This document shows, piece after piece, positions 27,338 to 37,317 of a stretch of DNA of 64,000 nucleotides. The notes beneath the pieces are model-generated. The model saw only the letters and a list, made by a program, of their open reading frames with translations, was not told the DNA's origin and did not search any database. A program made the position numbers and the translations under genes. The DNA comes from Thermodesulfobacteriota bacterium (GTDB lineage: Bacteria > Desulfobacterota_D > UBA1144 > Nemesobacterales > UBA2774): the NCBI GenBank assembly GCA_040754335.1, contig JBFMCV010000006.1, forward strand, positions 10,964-74,963. The letters are read 5' to 3'. Every line of letters starts with the position of its first letter. The stretch's first letter is position 1.

Positions 27338-28270
27338 ATGCCTGAGAAAATACTCGGAATACATCATATAACAGCAATCGCCGCGGGCGCGAAGAAGAAC
27401 CTTGAGTTTTACACGAAAGTCCTCGGGCTCAGGCTCGTAAAAAAGACCGTGAATTTCGATGACCCGACGACCTATCATTTTTATTTCGGGAACGAGAAGG
27501 GAGAGCCGGGGACAATTCTGACGTTTTTTCCATGGGAGGGGATAAGGAAGGGCAGGGCCGGCACGGGCCAGGTGACCACTGTATCTTTTTCGGTTCCCGA
27601 AGACTCCATGGGCTTCTGGCTCGACCGCTTCAGGAGCCATAACGTCACGTACAACAACCCTTCTCCCAGGTTTGGAGAAAAGGTTCTCGTTTTCCTCGAC
27701 CCCGACGGGCTCAAGCTCGAGCTCATATCCGGTTCGGCGGACAAGAGAAAAGCGTTTGACTCGGACGACGTCCCGATTGAGTTCGGCATAAGGGGGTTCC
27801 ATAGCGCGGCGCTCACGCTCGACGGCTACGAGGCGACGGCGAAACTGCTGACGGATGTCTTCGGCTACGAAAGGAATGACGAGAGCGTGAACCGCTTCAG
27901 GTTCGTGAATAAAAACAGCGGGAGCGCCAATATTATCGACCTCGTTTGCCTCCCCGCCGGTCAGCGCGGGAGCGTAGCCGGGGGCACCGTGCACCACATC
28001 GCTTTCAGGACTGCTAATGAAGGGGAACAGCTCCTTCTGAGGGAGAAGCTCATATCTTTGGGCTATAACGTCACTCCCCAGCTCGACAGGAATTATTTCA
28101 AATCGATCTACTTCCGCGAACCGGGAGGGGTTCTTTTCGAGATAGCGACCGATCCGCCCGGTTTTACCGTCGATGAGGATTTGGCGAACCTGGGGCGGGG
28201 GTTGAAGCTCCCCGGATGGCTCGAGTCGAGGAGAGATGAAATAGAAAGTGCGCTCCCCCCGATAGATTAG
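27338..28270 (+). CDS. Two-domain VOC-superfamily ring-cleaving dioxygenase (MhqA/MhqO/LinE/PcpA-like hydroquinone-type dioxygenase).
   Basis: The protein is 310 aa. The N-terminus ILGIHHITAIA...FYTKVLGLRLVKKTVNFDDPTTYHFYFG is characteristic of the YfiE/MhqA group. A second VOC module (HHIAFRT) follows. Confidence 0.8.
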   Translation: MPEKILGIHHITAIAAGAKKNLEFYTKVLGLRLVKKTVNFDDPTTYHFYFGNEKGEPGTILTFFPWEGIRKGRAGTGQVTTVSFSVPEDSMGFWLDRFRSHNVTYNNPSPRFGEKVLVFLDPDGLKLELISGSADKRKAFDSDDVPIEFGIRGFHSAALTLDGYEATAKLLTDVFGYERNDESVNRFRFVNKNSGSANIIDLVCLPAGQRGSVAGGTVHHIAFRTANEGEQLLLREKLISLGYNVTPQLDRNYFKSIYFREPGGVLFEIATDPPGFTVDEDLANLGRGLKLPGWLESRRDEIESALPPID

Positions 28271-28278
28271 AGGAATTT

Positions 28279-28908
28279 ATGGGCATCGAGCCTGAGTTCG
28301 TTCATATATACATACCTCCTGAAAACCCATCCGCGGGGAATACTCTCCTCCTTCTCCACGGAACAGGGGGCGATGAGGAGAGCATGGTCCCTCTTGCGGA
28401 GAGCATACTCCCCGGCGCCGGGATACTGAGTCCCAGGGGCAAAGTACTCGAGAACGGCATGCCGAGGTTCTTCAGGCGCTTCGCGGAAGGTGTCTTCGAC
28501 CTCGAGGATTTGCGTTTCAGGACTGCGGAGCTCGCTGATTTCATATTCAAAGCCTCAGAGACTTATTCCTTCGACAGGGATAAGCTCGTCGCGGCCGGGT
28601 ATTCGAACGGGGCGAACATAGCGGCGAGCGTTCTCCTCACCTATTCGGGCGTAATTCCTTATGCCGTGCTTTTCCACCCGATGGTCCCCTTCGTGCCGGA
28701 GAGTCTGCCCGATCTCTCAGTCGCGTGCGTTCTGATCACGGCGGGCAGGAACGACCCCATAGTCAGCCCCGGGGACACTGAAAACCTCGCGCGGCTCCTT
28801 AAGGAAGCGGGGGCCCGGGTGGATGTCTTCTGGCAGGAAAACGGGCACAGCCTCACCCGAGAGGAAATAACCGCCGCGAGGTCGTTCCTCATCGAATCCC
28901 TCGAATAG
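28279..28908 (+). CDS. Phospholipase/carboxylesterase-family alpha/beta hydrolase (MhqD-like).
   Basis: The protein is 209 aa. It has LLLLHGTGGDE and the nucleophile elbow GYSNGA. It lies 8 nt downstream of the VOC dioxygenase. Confidence 0.75.
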   Translation: MGIEPEFVHIYIPPENPSAGNTLLLLHGTGGDEESMVPLAESILPGAGILSPRGKVLENGMPRFFRRFAEGVFDLEDLRFRTAELADFIFKASETYSFDRDKLVAAGYSNGANIAASVLLTYSGVIPYAVLFHPMVPFVPESLPDLSVACVLITAGRNDPIVSPGDTENLARLLKEAGARVDVFWQENGHSLTREEITAARSFLIESLE

Positions 28909-28991
28909 TTTTCAACAACTAAATCTATGAAGTAACATTAATGGTTGAAGCTCGTTTTAGGCTCATCAAATAAATCGAAGGGAGAAGCCCT

Positions 28992-29657
28992 ATGATCGAT
29001 TTTTACACCTCCACCACGCCTAATGGCAGAAAGGTCTCCATAATGCTCGAAGAAGCGGAGATTCCATATAATCTAATCCACCTTCACCTGAGCAAGTTCG
29101 AGCAGAGACAGGACTGGTATCTCAAAATTAACCCGAACGGCAGGATCCCTGCCATAGTCGACCGCGATAACGGCGATTTCGCCGTGTTCGAGTCGGGTGC
29201 GATACTCATCTACCTAGCCGAGAAAACGGGGAAATTTCTCCCTGCGGATCTCAAAGGCCGCTCGACCGTCATACAGTGGCTCATGTTCCAGATGTCCGGT
29301 ATAGGGCCCATGCAGGGTCAGGCCCATGTGTTCTTCAGGTATGCACCCGAGAAGATCGAATACGCGATAGGCCGCTACCAGCGGGAGACCAAGAGGCTCT
29401 ACACTGTGCTTGACACGCGCCTCAGGGATAACGAATTTCTGGCCGGGGATTTTTACTCGATCGCCGACATGGCGACATATCCCTGGATCGCGCTCCATAA
29501 CTGGGCTGGCGTGGACATCGAAGACCTCGAAAATCTCAGGCGCTGGATGACCGCGGTCAGGCGCCGTCCCGCGGTCACGAGGGGCATGGACATTCCGAAG
29601 TCGAAGAAAGAGACCGTAGAGGATGCGCAGAAGAGAGGATCGTCACTGCTCGTCTGA
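28992..29657 (+). CDS. Nu-class glutathione S-transferase (YfcG/YghU-like).
   Basis: The N-terminus [20 protein letters not shown]...[11 protein letters not shown] and the downstream [13 protein letters not shown] match Nu-class GSTs. Confidence 0.85.
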   Translation: MIDFYTSTTPNGRKVSIMLEEAEIPYNLIHLHLSKFEQRQDWYLKINPNGRIPAIVDRDNGDFAVFESGAILIYLAEKTGKFLPADLKGRSTVIQWLMFQMSGIGPMQGQAHVFFRYAPEKIEYAIGRYQRETKRLYTVLDTRLRDNEFLAGDFYSIADMATYPWIALHNWAGVDIEDLENLRRWMTAVRRRPAVTRGMDIPKSKKETVEDAQKRGSSLLV

Positions 29658-29709
29658 TTCCGGAGAATTCTCAACCTGTCTGCAATCATAGGTGGATTTG
29701 TTTTTAAAT

Positions 29710-29775
29710 CCGTTCGTCCTGAGCTTGTCGAAGGACGTAGTTTTTATCCCCTCTCCCCTGAAGTGGGGGAGAGGG
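29710..29775. repeat. REP-like palindromic repeat pair (CCGTTCGTCCTGAGCTTGTCGAAGGACG plus CCCCTCTCCCCtgaagtGGGGGAGAGGG).
   Basis: The first block is related to the CCGTTCG(T/C)CCTG block of copies A and B, and to 23705-23732. The second block is a 10-bp-stem hairpin. Confidence 0.65.
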
Positions 29776-30044
29776 ATAGGGTGAGGGGGTACATTTTATA
29801 ATATTCCTGTCTTTGCAAGGGAAAGCTTTTTTTTGACCGCGGCAATCTCATCCTGTATCGTGAATCCTGTATCCTGTTCGTAGGAGCGGCATCTTGCCGC
29901 GATCATCCAAGGGCCAAACCTAACCTGTCATTATGTACTCGTTTCGGAATCTCGTTTTCATCTTACACAGCCCGGTTTGTTTCCCGCCCGCAAGCTAAGT
30001 AGAATTTCAAAAGTTCATTTGAATATCTATGGAGGCAATGAGAG

Positions 30045-30806
30045 ATGAGACTCGAAGGAAAAACAGCGCTTATCACGGGCGGAGGCGAAGGCATCGGACG
30101 GGCTACGGCCCTCCTCTTTTGCAGCGAAGGGGCTAAAGTCGGAATAATGGGAAGGACGAAAGAGAAGCTCGACCTGGTGGCTTCCGAAGCGGACGGCCCG
30201 GGCGAGATCGTTGCGCTTCACGGCGACGTCTCCGTAGAAGGGGACGTAAAGAGGGTGGTGGACGAGTTTTACAAGCGGTACGGGAGGATAGACATCCTGT
30301 TCAATAACGCAGGCATCCTCGAAGGCGGCACGGTCGTGACTACCAGCATGGAAGTCTGGGACAGGACCATCGACATCAACGTCAAGGGAGTCTTCCTCAT
30401 GAGCAAGCACGTCGTCCCCCTCATGGCCATGCACGGCGGAGGCTCGATAATAAACAACTCCTCCGTCCTCGGAATGGTGGGCATGGAAAACTGCGTCGCG
30501 TACAACGCCTCCAAAGGGGCCGTGAGGCAGATCACGAGGAGCATGGCCCTTGACCACGCGAAGGACAACATACGCGTGAATTCCGTCTGCCCCGGATACA
30601 TAAAGACCAAAATGGACGTCGAGTTCATGGGCAACCCTCCAGACGCCGAGGAGCAGCTCGACAAAATAGCTGCCGGCATGATACCGCTCGTGAGGCGCGC
30701 GGAGGCGGTCGAGGTGGGCCACGCCGTGCTCTACCTCGCGTCAGACGATTCAAGGTACGTCACGGGCTCCGACCTCGTCATAGACGGGGGCTGGACGACG
30801 CTCTAG
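30045..30806 (+). CDS. SDR-family oxidoreductase.
   Basis: It has TALITGGGEGIG, NNAG, and a YNASK catalytic Tyr-Lys. Confidence 0.85.
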   Translation: MRLEGKTALITGGGEGIGRATALLFCSEGAKVGIMGRTKEKLDLVASEADGPGEIVALHGDVSVEGDVKRVVDEFYKRYGRIDILFNNAGILEGGTVVTTSMEVWDRTIDINVKGVFLMSKHVVPLMAMHGGGSIINNSSVLGMVGMENCVAYNASKGAVRQITRSMALDHAKDNIRVNSVCPGYIKTKMDVEFMGNPPDAEEQLDKIAAGMIPLVRRAEAVEVGHAVLYLASDDSRYVTGSDLVIDGGWTTL

Positions 30807-30845
30807 TCGTTATTTCTTATAATTATATATAGATGGGTGTGTAAA

Positions 30846-31871
30846 ATGGATCCTGTAAGTCACGGATTAGTGGGAGCCGTTTTGGCCGAGAGCGCTTCGA
30901 CCAAGAGAGAGCTTGGTATGGCGTCTCTGGCCGGGTTCTTGTCGGCGACGCTTGCTGACCTGGATATCCTGATCCGCTCCTCCGAAGACCCGCTCCTCGT
31001 GCTCGATTATCACAGGCAGTTTACTCATTCGTTAATCTTTATCCCCGTTGGCGCATTCGTAGCAGCAGGTATCCTGTGGCTTTTCCTCAGGCGGCGTCAG
31101 GGCTTCGGAAAGATATACCTTTATTCGATCCTCGGATACGGCACGGCCGGCGTGATGGACGCCTTTACCAGCTACGGCACCCAGCTCCTCTGGCCGTTCT
31201 CGGACGCAAGGATCGCGTGGAACATAATATCGATAATCGATCCGCTGTTCACACTGCCACTGGCTTTCTTCGTAGTTTTCGCATTCGTCAGGAAATCTCT
31301 CGTTGTCGCGAGGGTAGGGCTCGCCTTTGCCGTTATTTATCTCCTTCTCGGATTATACCAGCGGGAACAGGCGGAGGACGTATTGATGACGATCGCGGAG
31401 AAAAGAGGGCATGAAGTGGAGAGAGCGCTCGTGCATCCTTCATTCGGCAACCTGATTCTCTGGCGCTCCGTTTATGGATCAGGCGGTAAGTATTACGCAG
31501 ACGCGATCCGGGTCGGGCTCTTTTCGGAGCCTCGGGTTTATGAAGGAGGCCCTGTCGATAAATTTACTCCCGAAAACGACCTGCACGGGCTGGACCCCCA
31601 ATCGGTGCTTTACCGCGACGTACTTCGTTTTAATCACTTCTCGGACGGCTATCTCGTTTTATATCCCGGCTATCCGAACGTCATCGGAGACTTGAGGTAT
31701 TCGTTATTGCCGAACGGCACCAAGCCCATCTGGGGCATTCTTGCGGATCCTGATAATCCGGGCCGTCATGTTAGGATGTCGGATTACGACCGCGCCGTGA
31801 CCCCTTCCGACTGGCACGCATTCTTGACCATGCTGCGGGGATGGGAGTTGAATTCAGGCGCTGCGGACTAG
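30846..31871 (+). CDS. Membrane-bound metal-dependent hydrolase (YdjM/DUF457-like) with a C-terminal soluble extension.
   Basis: The N-terminus MDPVSHGLVGAVLA is the conserved His-containing start of the family. It has ~5 TM helices. Confidence 0.55.
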   Translation: MDPVSHGLVGAVLAESASTKRELGMASLAGFLSATLADLDILIRSSEDPLLVLDYHRQFTHSLIFIPVGAFVAAGILWLFLRRRQGFGKIYLYSILGYGTAGVMDAFTSYGTQLLWPFSDARIAWNIISIIDPLFTLPLAFFVVFAFVRKSLVVARVGLAFAVIYLLLGLYQREQAEDVLMTIAEKRGHEVERALVHPSFGNLILWRSVYGSGGKYYADAIRVGLFSEPRVYEGGPVDKFTPENDLHGLDPQSVLYRDVLRFNHFSDGYLVLYPGYPNVIGDLRYSLLPNGTKPIWGILADPDNPGRHVRMSDYDRAVTPSDWHAFLTMLRGWELNSGAAD

Positions 31872-31966
31872 AAAAATCCCGACAGATTAAGAGTATCCCC
31901 CCGATAGTGTAAAGTATCTAAATTTTGGCTTTGTTTCGAGTTATAATTGGTATCTGGAAAACGGAC

Positions 31967-32464
31967 ATGCCCATCTACGAGTTCTACTGCAAGAAGTGCA
32001 ATACGGTCTATAAGTTCTATTCCCGGACGATTGACACGGCCACCGTCCCCAAATGCCCCAGATGCAAGAGAGTAAAGCTAGAAAGGATATTTTCTTCTTT
32101 CGCTACATTGAGCAAACGGGATAAAGAATGCGGCCCTGAGGCCGGCATGCCGGACATAGACGAATCGAAGTTCGAAAGAGCGATGGCCATGATAGAGAGG
32201 GAAGCGGAGGGTATGGACGAGAACGACCCCGCTCAGGCGGCGGACCTCATGAGAAAGCTCACCGACGCGGCCGGCATCTCCATGGGCGAAGGGCTGGAAG
32301 AAGCTCTCGCCCGGATGGAGAGGGGTGAGGACCCGGATAAGATAGAGGAGGAGCTCGGCGATATTCTCGGGGAGGATTCGTTCCAGTTCGAGTCCAAAAA
32401 GAAAAAGGGCGCGAAAAAAACATCACCCAGACCCAGAGTGGACGAAACACTCTATGAGCTATGA
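31967..32464 (+). CDS. FmdB-family zinc-ribbon protein with an acidic C-terminal tail.
   Basis: It has MPIYEFYCKKCNTVY...PKCPRCKR, which is CxxC-N-CxxC. The start is an internal ATG with an RBS. Confidence 0.7.
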   Translation: MPIYEFYCKKCNTVYKFYSRTIDTATVPKCPRCKRVKLERIFSSFATLSKRDKECGPEAGMPDIDESKFERAMAMIEREAEGMDENDPAQAADLMRKLTDAAGISMGEGLEEALARMERGEDPDKIEEELGDILGEDSFQFESKKKKGAKKTSPRPRVDETLYEL

Positions 32465-32505
32465 CGCTGCGAGGTTAAGGATGCGACCACCTGCATTAGT
32501 CTCAT

Positions 32506-32778
32506 TTACAATCTTTTGATTATGCTTTCGTAGACCATTCTGCGGTGGAGAATCCCTAAAATATGCACTTCGTTTTTAGCGATTTTAAATACGATTCTTA
32601 TATCTCCCACGCGCAATTTCCAGTACCCTTTTAATGAACTTTCAAGGGGTTTCCCATATTTCTCGGGCTCTACGCTCAATCTGCTTTCGATAGCCCGCTC
32701 AACTGCTCTCTTCTGCTTCTTGTCAAAAGATTTAATGTCATCGCGCACCTTGGGGTGGTAGAGGATCCGGTAACGCAT
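32506..32778 (-). CDS. RelE/ParE-family type II toxin.
   Basis: It is 90 aa with the ...YRILYHPKV..D...F......R......L...P...GK.L...L.G.WKLRVGDIRIVF.I....V.IL.I.HRR... pattern. Confidence 0.8.
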   Translation of the reverse strand: MRYRILYHPKVRDDIKSFDKKQKRAVERAIESRLSVEPEKYGKPLESSLKGYWKLRVGDIRIVFKIAKNEVHILGILHRRMVYESIIKRL

Positions 32779-33009
32779 CTATTTCTTCCAGATTTGTTCA
32801 TGACTGAGTGCTTTATCCTTCTTAAATGTTTTCTCCCGTTCGGACGCAAAATCCTGAAGGATTGTATCCTCGTGTATTTCGAGCGCCAGCCGAAGGAGGT
32901 CCCTGGCTTTAAGCGAAATCGATATACCTTCTTTTTTGGCTATCCTTTTTATCGCTTCATATACAGGTTTTTCAAGAACAATATTGATACGCGGGTTTTT
33001 GGCAGGCAT
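32779..33009 (-). CDS. Ribbon-helix-helix (CopG/RelB-like) antitoxin.
   Basis: It is 76 aa. The N-terminal beta-strand-helix pattern is RINIVLEKPVYEAIKRIAKKEGISIS. Its stop abuts the RelE start. Confidence 0.65.
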   Translation of the reverse strand: MPAKNPRINIVLEKPVYEAIKRIAKKEGISISLKARDLLRLALEIHEDTILQDFASEREKTFKKDKALSHEQIWKK

Positions 33010-33176
33010 CTCTCTATCCCCTTTCCTTTTATTTATTATTCAGAAAGTGTATCATAAGTGATGCACTTTTTAAATGCCTCTCTCCCTCGTTTCTATTTCG
33101 TACCGACGACGAATTTCTCCGCCGTCCGGCGTTATATTAACATCCGCAGGCGTTTGGTGTATTGTTCTATCTCAAA

Positions 33177-34892
33177 ATGAATAGGCGTATTGCTGTTTTA
33201 TTAGCGTCCCTTTTATTCCTGGTTATTTACTCCGGCTGCGCCCCGCACAGGGAAGCAGCCAAGCCGAAGGCGTCTCCCCAAATTCCGCCCACTCCCCCTA
33301 TATATCAGGACACATCGGATTTTGAAAAACCTCCGTGCTCGACGCCGGAAATAAAGATTAAGCAAGGTTCTCTCTGCGGGAGTCTGATAGGCACATCGGA
33401 CGGGAAGGCTGTAAACGCATATCTCGGCGTACCGTTCGCCGAATCCGCTGGCGGGGAGAACCGCTGGAAGCCGCCTGTACCAAAGGGCGCGTGGGACGGC
33501 ACGCTCAGGGCTACAAGACTCGGTCCCGCGTGTCCCCAAAATACGGACAACATGTTCCCGCAGAGCGAGGACTGTCTCAGCATAAACGTCTGGACGCCGG
33601 CTGAAGCCTATAACGAGCCCCGGGCCGTTATGGTCTTCATCTACGGCGGGGCGTTCATATACGGATATAACGCCGACCCTCTCTACGACGGCGCGTACAC
33701 GGCCGCGTACGGCGACGTCGTAGTCGTGAGCATGAACTACAGGCTGGGCGCTCTCGGATTCCTGTCGGGGATCAAGGACAGGAAAACGGGCGAAGAAATA
33801 AACGGCAACTTCGGCATACTCGACCAGATCCTCGCGCTCGAATGGGTGCGCGACAATATAGGTGCTTTCGGCGGCGACCCCGGCAAAGTGACTATATACG
33901 GCGAGAGCGCGGGCGCGATGAGCGTCGGTCTCCACATGCTTTCATCTCCCCGGTCGGAGCCGCTCTTCCGCGCGGGCATCATGGAGAGCAACCCCCTCGG
34001 GCTCCCTTACAAGAGCCTTAAACAGTCACACGCGATAGCGAAAGAATTCGCCTCCAATCTCGGCTGTGCGGAGGACGACGTAGGGTGCATGAGGGCGGCG
34101 CTCCCCGAGGTGGTGCTCGTCGCGCAGCAGCAGAAAGACTTCGTGTGGCCCGCGCTATTTCACGGCATAAGGGACATGCTCGTCTGGGCCCCTGTGATCG
34201 ACGGGGAAGTATTGATAGAGCAGCCGGTCGAAGCGGCCGCAGGCGGCGGGATGAACAAGCCCGTTATCATAGGCACGAACGCGGACGAAGCGCTAATTTT
34301 CGTCGAGCTTGCAAAAAATGCGCTCGGATGGAAATCTGTATCAGATTTCGATTACAGGCTTACGATGGATTTCATTTTCCGCGATCATGGCCTGCGCGAG
34401 AAAATATACGAGAAGCACCCTCCTGACGTGAAGGACAACACCGAACTAATATCGAGGGTGCTTACGGAGTATCTATTCACGTGTCCCAATCTCTATGCAG
34501 CTTCCAAAGGTTCCCCCGAGACATGGTCTTATATATTCGACCACGTACTGTCGTTCAACGTCTGGCCCGGTGTTCCGGCTTGCGCCGATGCCGTGTGCCA
34601 TGCAGCGGAGCTCTCGTTCGTGTTCCATACACCGGAGAGCAGGAGGGGTAACTTCACGCCTCGGGAAAACGAACTTTCCAACCTTATGATCGGATACTGG
34701 ACAGGTTTTGCTAAGAGCCTGCGTCCGGCTGGGAATACAAACGCGTGGCCCGAATTCAATCCTTATTCCCTGAACCTCATTTTTGTGACCCCTGTGAACG
34801 CTATAGAAGCCAAGCCCGACACGACTTCCGACTGCGAATTCTGGGACGGTATCGGATATAACCTCAAGGATTCATTCTGGGGGTTATTTTAG
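33177..34892 (+). CDS. Type-B carboxylesterase/lipase (COesterase family) lipoprotein.
   Basis: It has a lipobox (LVIYSGCAP), the nucleophile elbow IYGESAGAMSV, and an oxyanion region FIYGGAF. Confidence 0.85.
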   Translation: MNRRIAVLLASLLFLVIYSGCAPHREAAKPKASPQIPPTPPIYQDTSDFEKPPCSTPEIKIKQGSLCGSLIGTSDGKAVNAYLGVPFAESAGGENRWKPPVPKGAWDGTLRATRLGPACPQNTDNMFPQSEDCLSINVWTPAEAYNEPRAVMVFIYGGAFIYGYNADPLYDGAYTAAYGDVVVVSMNYRLGALGFLSGIKDRKTGEEINGNFGILDQILALEWVRDNIGAFGGDPGKVTIYGESAGAMSVGLHMLSSPRSEPLFRAGIMESNPLGLPYKSLKQSHAIAKEFASNLGCAEDDVGCMRAALPEVVLVAQQQKDFVWPALFHGIRDMLVWAPVIDGEVLIEQPVEAAAGGGMNKPVIIGTNADEALIFVELAKNALGWKSVSDFDYRLTMDFIFRDHGLREKIYEKHPPDVKDNTELISRVLTEYLFTCPNLYAASKGSPETWSYIFDHVLSFNVWPGVPACADAVCHAAELSFVFHTPESRRGNFTPRENELSNLMIGYWTGFAKSLRPAGNTNAWPEFNPYSLNLIFVTPVNAIEAKPDTTSDCEFWDGIGYNLKDSFWGLF

Positions 34893-35015
34893 ATGAGGAC
34901 ATGAAGACGTCGCACTCGTCAGTCTCGATACGGATATTTACAGATACCCGGTAAGCGCAGTAGAATGTCCTATCTGTCTCGTTAAAGTTTCAGGGAAAAT
35001 CAGAACCGTTTACGC

Positions 35016-36278
35016 ATGAAGCATATTGCGGCCTTCTTATTCTGTATCTCTATATTTACGGGTATGCCGGGTGTCCGGGCCGGTGAAAGTTCCGGTGAAG
35101 ATGCCGGTTCGTTCTTCTCAAACCTTTCTTCCCGCGAATACATGACCGGCGACTGGGGCGGTCTCAGGGACAGGCTGATCAACTGGGGGCTCACTCCCAC
35201 GGCTAATTACAGCGCAACACTACAGGGGAACCCGGTCGGAGGCATGAGGAAGGGCATTAAGTACGCCGGGCTCCTAAACGTTTATCTCGATTTCGACCTC
35301 GAAAAACTATTGAAGCTCGGCGGGACCAGGCTCGTCGTATCAGGCGCATGGGCGTACGGAGAGAATCTCAGCGCTAAGGATATAGGGAATTTTTTCACCG
35401 TTTCGAATGTCTTCAACGGTAAGTTCATAGGCCTATACCAGTGCTTCATCGAATCGAATGTTTGGATGGACAGGCTTACTTTTGCGGTCGGGCGCATGGG
35501 GATAGGGGATGATTTCGGCACGGCAGACGTGTTTGGAATTTACGTCAGCTCCGTCATAAACGCGAACCCTATAAGCCTGACCTACAATATTCCGGCGTAT
35601 CTCAGCAACCCTGATGCCGCTCTGGGGACGCGTTTCCGCGTAAAACCTGTTAATGATCTTTACATCGCGGCCGGTGTGTATAACGCCGACCCCGACGCGG
35701 CCGTCAATCGGAGGGTGTCGATAGACGTCGATTTCAGTTTCGATGACGGAGTGATACTGATAAGCGAAATAGGCTATACGCCCGGAAGTAACGCGGGTTC
35801 CGCCGGACTCCCGGGGGATTACAAGTTCGGGGCATATTATGATACCGGGGAATTTAATGAGCTTGCCGACAGTGAGAACACGCGAGAGGGAAATTACGGT
35901 TTCTATCTCATAGCCGACCAGATGGTTTACCGCGAGCCAGGCAAAGAGAGCCAGGGCCTGACTCTATGGGCCGCGGCAACTTACGCTCCGGAGGAGGAAA
36001 TAAATGTCTTCCCCTTCTTTATCGCCTCCGGGTTCGCTTATGAAGGGGTATTCGCGTGGAGGGATAAAGACGTCGCGGGATTCAGCTTCGCCTACGGTAA
36101 ATTAAGCCGGGATCTCGAAGACCAGGACTACGAGATCGGACTCGAAGGCACATATATTTTTCAGGTCACGCCCTGGCTGGGCTTGCAGCCTGACGTGCAG
36201 CTCATAGTGCACCCCGGCGGGAGCGGAAGCATCCCCGATGCTCTCGTCGCGGGAATGCAGGTATCGGTTGATATTTGA
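35016..36278 (+). CDS. OprB-family carbohydrate-selective porin.
   Basis: It has a signal peptide, the conserved N-terminal YMTGDWGGLRDRLINWGLTP block, and a C-terminal aromatic residue. It is 420 aa. Confidence 0.7.
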   Translation: MKHIAAFLFCISIFTGMPGVRAGESSGEDAGSFFSNLSSREYMTGDWGGLRDRLINWGLTPTANYSATLQGNPVGGMRKGIKYAGLLNVYLDFDLEKLLKLGGTRLVVSGAWAYGENLSAKDIGNFFTVSNVFNGKFIGLYQCFIESNVWMDRLTFAVGRMGIGDDFGTADVFGIYVSSVINANPISLTYNIPAYLSNPDAALGTRFRVKPVNDLYIAAGVYNADPDAAVNRRVSIDVDFSFDDGVILISEIGYTPGSNAGSAGLPGDYKFGAYYDTGEFNELADSENTREGNYGFYLIADQMVYREPGKESQGLTLWAAATYAPEEEINVFPFFIASGFAYEGVFAWRDKDVAGFSFAYGKLSRDLEDQDYEIGLEGTYIFQVTPWLGLQPDVQLIVHPGGSGSIPDALVAGMQVSVDI

Positions 36279-36293
36279 GCGGGACCGGCCTCG

Positions 36294-37100
36294 TCAATTA
36301 CCGCCTGTCTGAAAAACAGATTTAAGGAACTCCTTCATCTGCGCCCAGGATTTTTCGTCCGCCTCCTTGTTGTATTCGAGGGGCAGTTCGAACTGCTTGC
36401 CGTATTTATCCGCGTCCGGGTTGGTGAAACTGTGTTTCACTCCGGGATAAATGACGAGCTCGTAGTCGGCGCCCGCCGTATCCATTTCCTTCTTGAAGGC
36501 GTCTATCTGTTCTTGGGGTACGAACGGGTCGCTGCCGCCTGTAAGCACGAGTATCCGGGCTTTTATCGTTCCCGGTGCGGCTGTATGCATCGAGGCCAGG
36601 TTCCCGTGGAAGCTGGTGACGCCGTCGAGGTCGGCCCCCGTGCGCGCCATGTGAAGTACTATCGCCCCGCCGAAGCAGTACCCTATCGCCGCTATATCTT
36701 CGGGGTTCACGGTTTTCTGCTGTTTCAGCAGCTCGAGCGCGGCGTTGAACCTCTTCTCTCCTATTCCCATATTGTTCATGACCTCGGTCATGAATTTGTT
36801 CGCGTTTTCCGGGTGGTCGGCGTTTTTCCCTTCCCCGTACATGTCGACTGCGAGGGCGGTGTATCCGAGCCCCGCGAGCATGTCCGCTCTCTTCCTGACG
36901 TAATCGTTATGCCCCCACCATTCGTGCACTACAAGGACGCCGGGTCTCTGCCCCTTGATGCTGTCGTCGTATGCGATGTATCCCTTGAGAACTGTTCCGT
37001 CCGCCTTGTACTCGACCACCTCACCCACAACCTTCGAGTTGGCCTGGCTCGTGAGGGACACAAAAATCAACATAACCATCAAACCGAATATTCTTATCAT
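36294..37100 (-). CDS. Dienelactone hydrolase family protein (secreted).
   Basis: It has a signal peptide, the motif VLVVHEWWGHNDYVRKRADMLAGLGYTALAVDMYG, and the nucleophile GYCFGG. Confidence 0.8.
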   Translation of the reverse strand: MIRIFGLMVMLIFVSLTSQANSKVVGEVVEYKADGTVLKGYIAYDDSIKGQRPGVLVVHEWWGHNDYVRKRADMLAGLGYTALAVDMYGEGKNADHPENANKFMTEVMNNMGIGEKRFNAALELLKQQKTVNPEDIAAIGYCFGGAIVLHMARTGADLDGVTSFHGNLASMHTAAPGTIKARILVLTGGSDPFVPQEQIDAFKKEMDTAGADYELVIYPGVKHSFTNPDADKYGKQFELPLEYNKEADEKSWAQMKEFLKSVFQTGGN

Positions 37101-37317
37101 ATTCTCCCCCCTGTGGTATTGTATATGCATTCATAGATAAATGATCGGCAAACGGAAGTCAATATTCGCTTCTACCGGTAAAGCGGCGGGTGTCTTGATC
37201 ATCCGCAAATGTCGTCCCTTCCCCGGAGCTTGCAAATATTCATTGTGGAAGCCGTATAATTTAGTTAATCTTACTGTAACGACGACATTCGCCTCTGATT
37301 CTCATTAACGCCGGCAG

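Noticed and set aside
26595-27997. Two large minus-strand ORFs of 260 aa and 294 aa (26595..27377 and 27113..27997), and the Arg-rich plus-strand ORF 26534..27127.
   Set aside because: They are antisense or out-of-frame shadows of the SnoaL, cupin and VOC-dioxygenase genes in GC-rich DNA. They are Arg/Pro/Gly-rich and low-complexity. The sense-strand genes carry recognisable family motifs.
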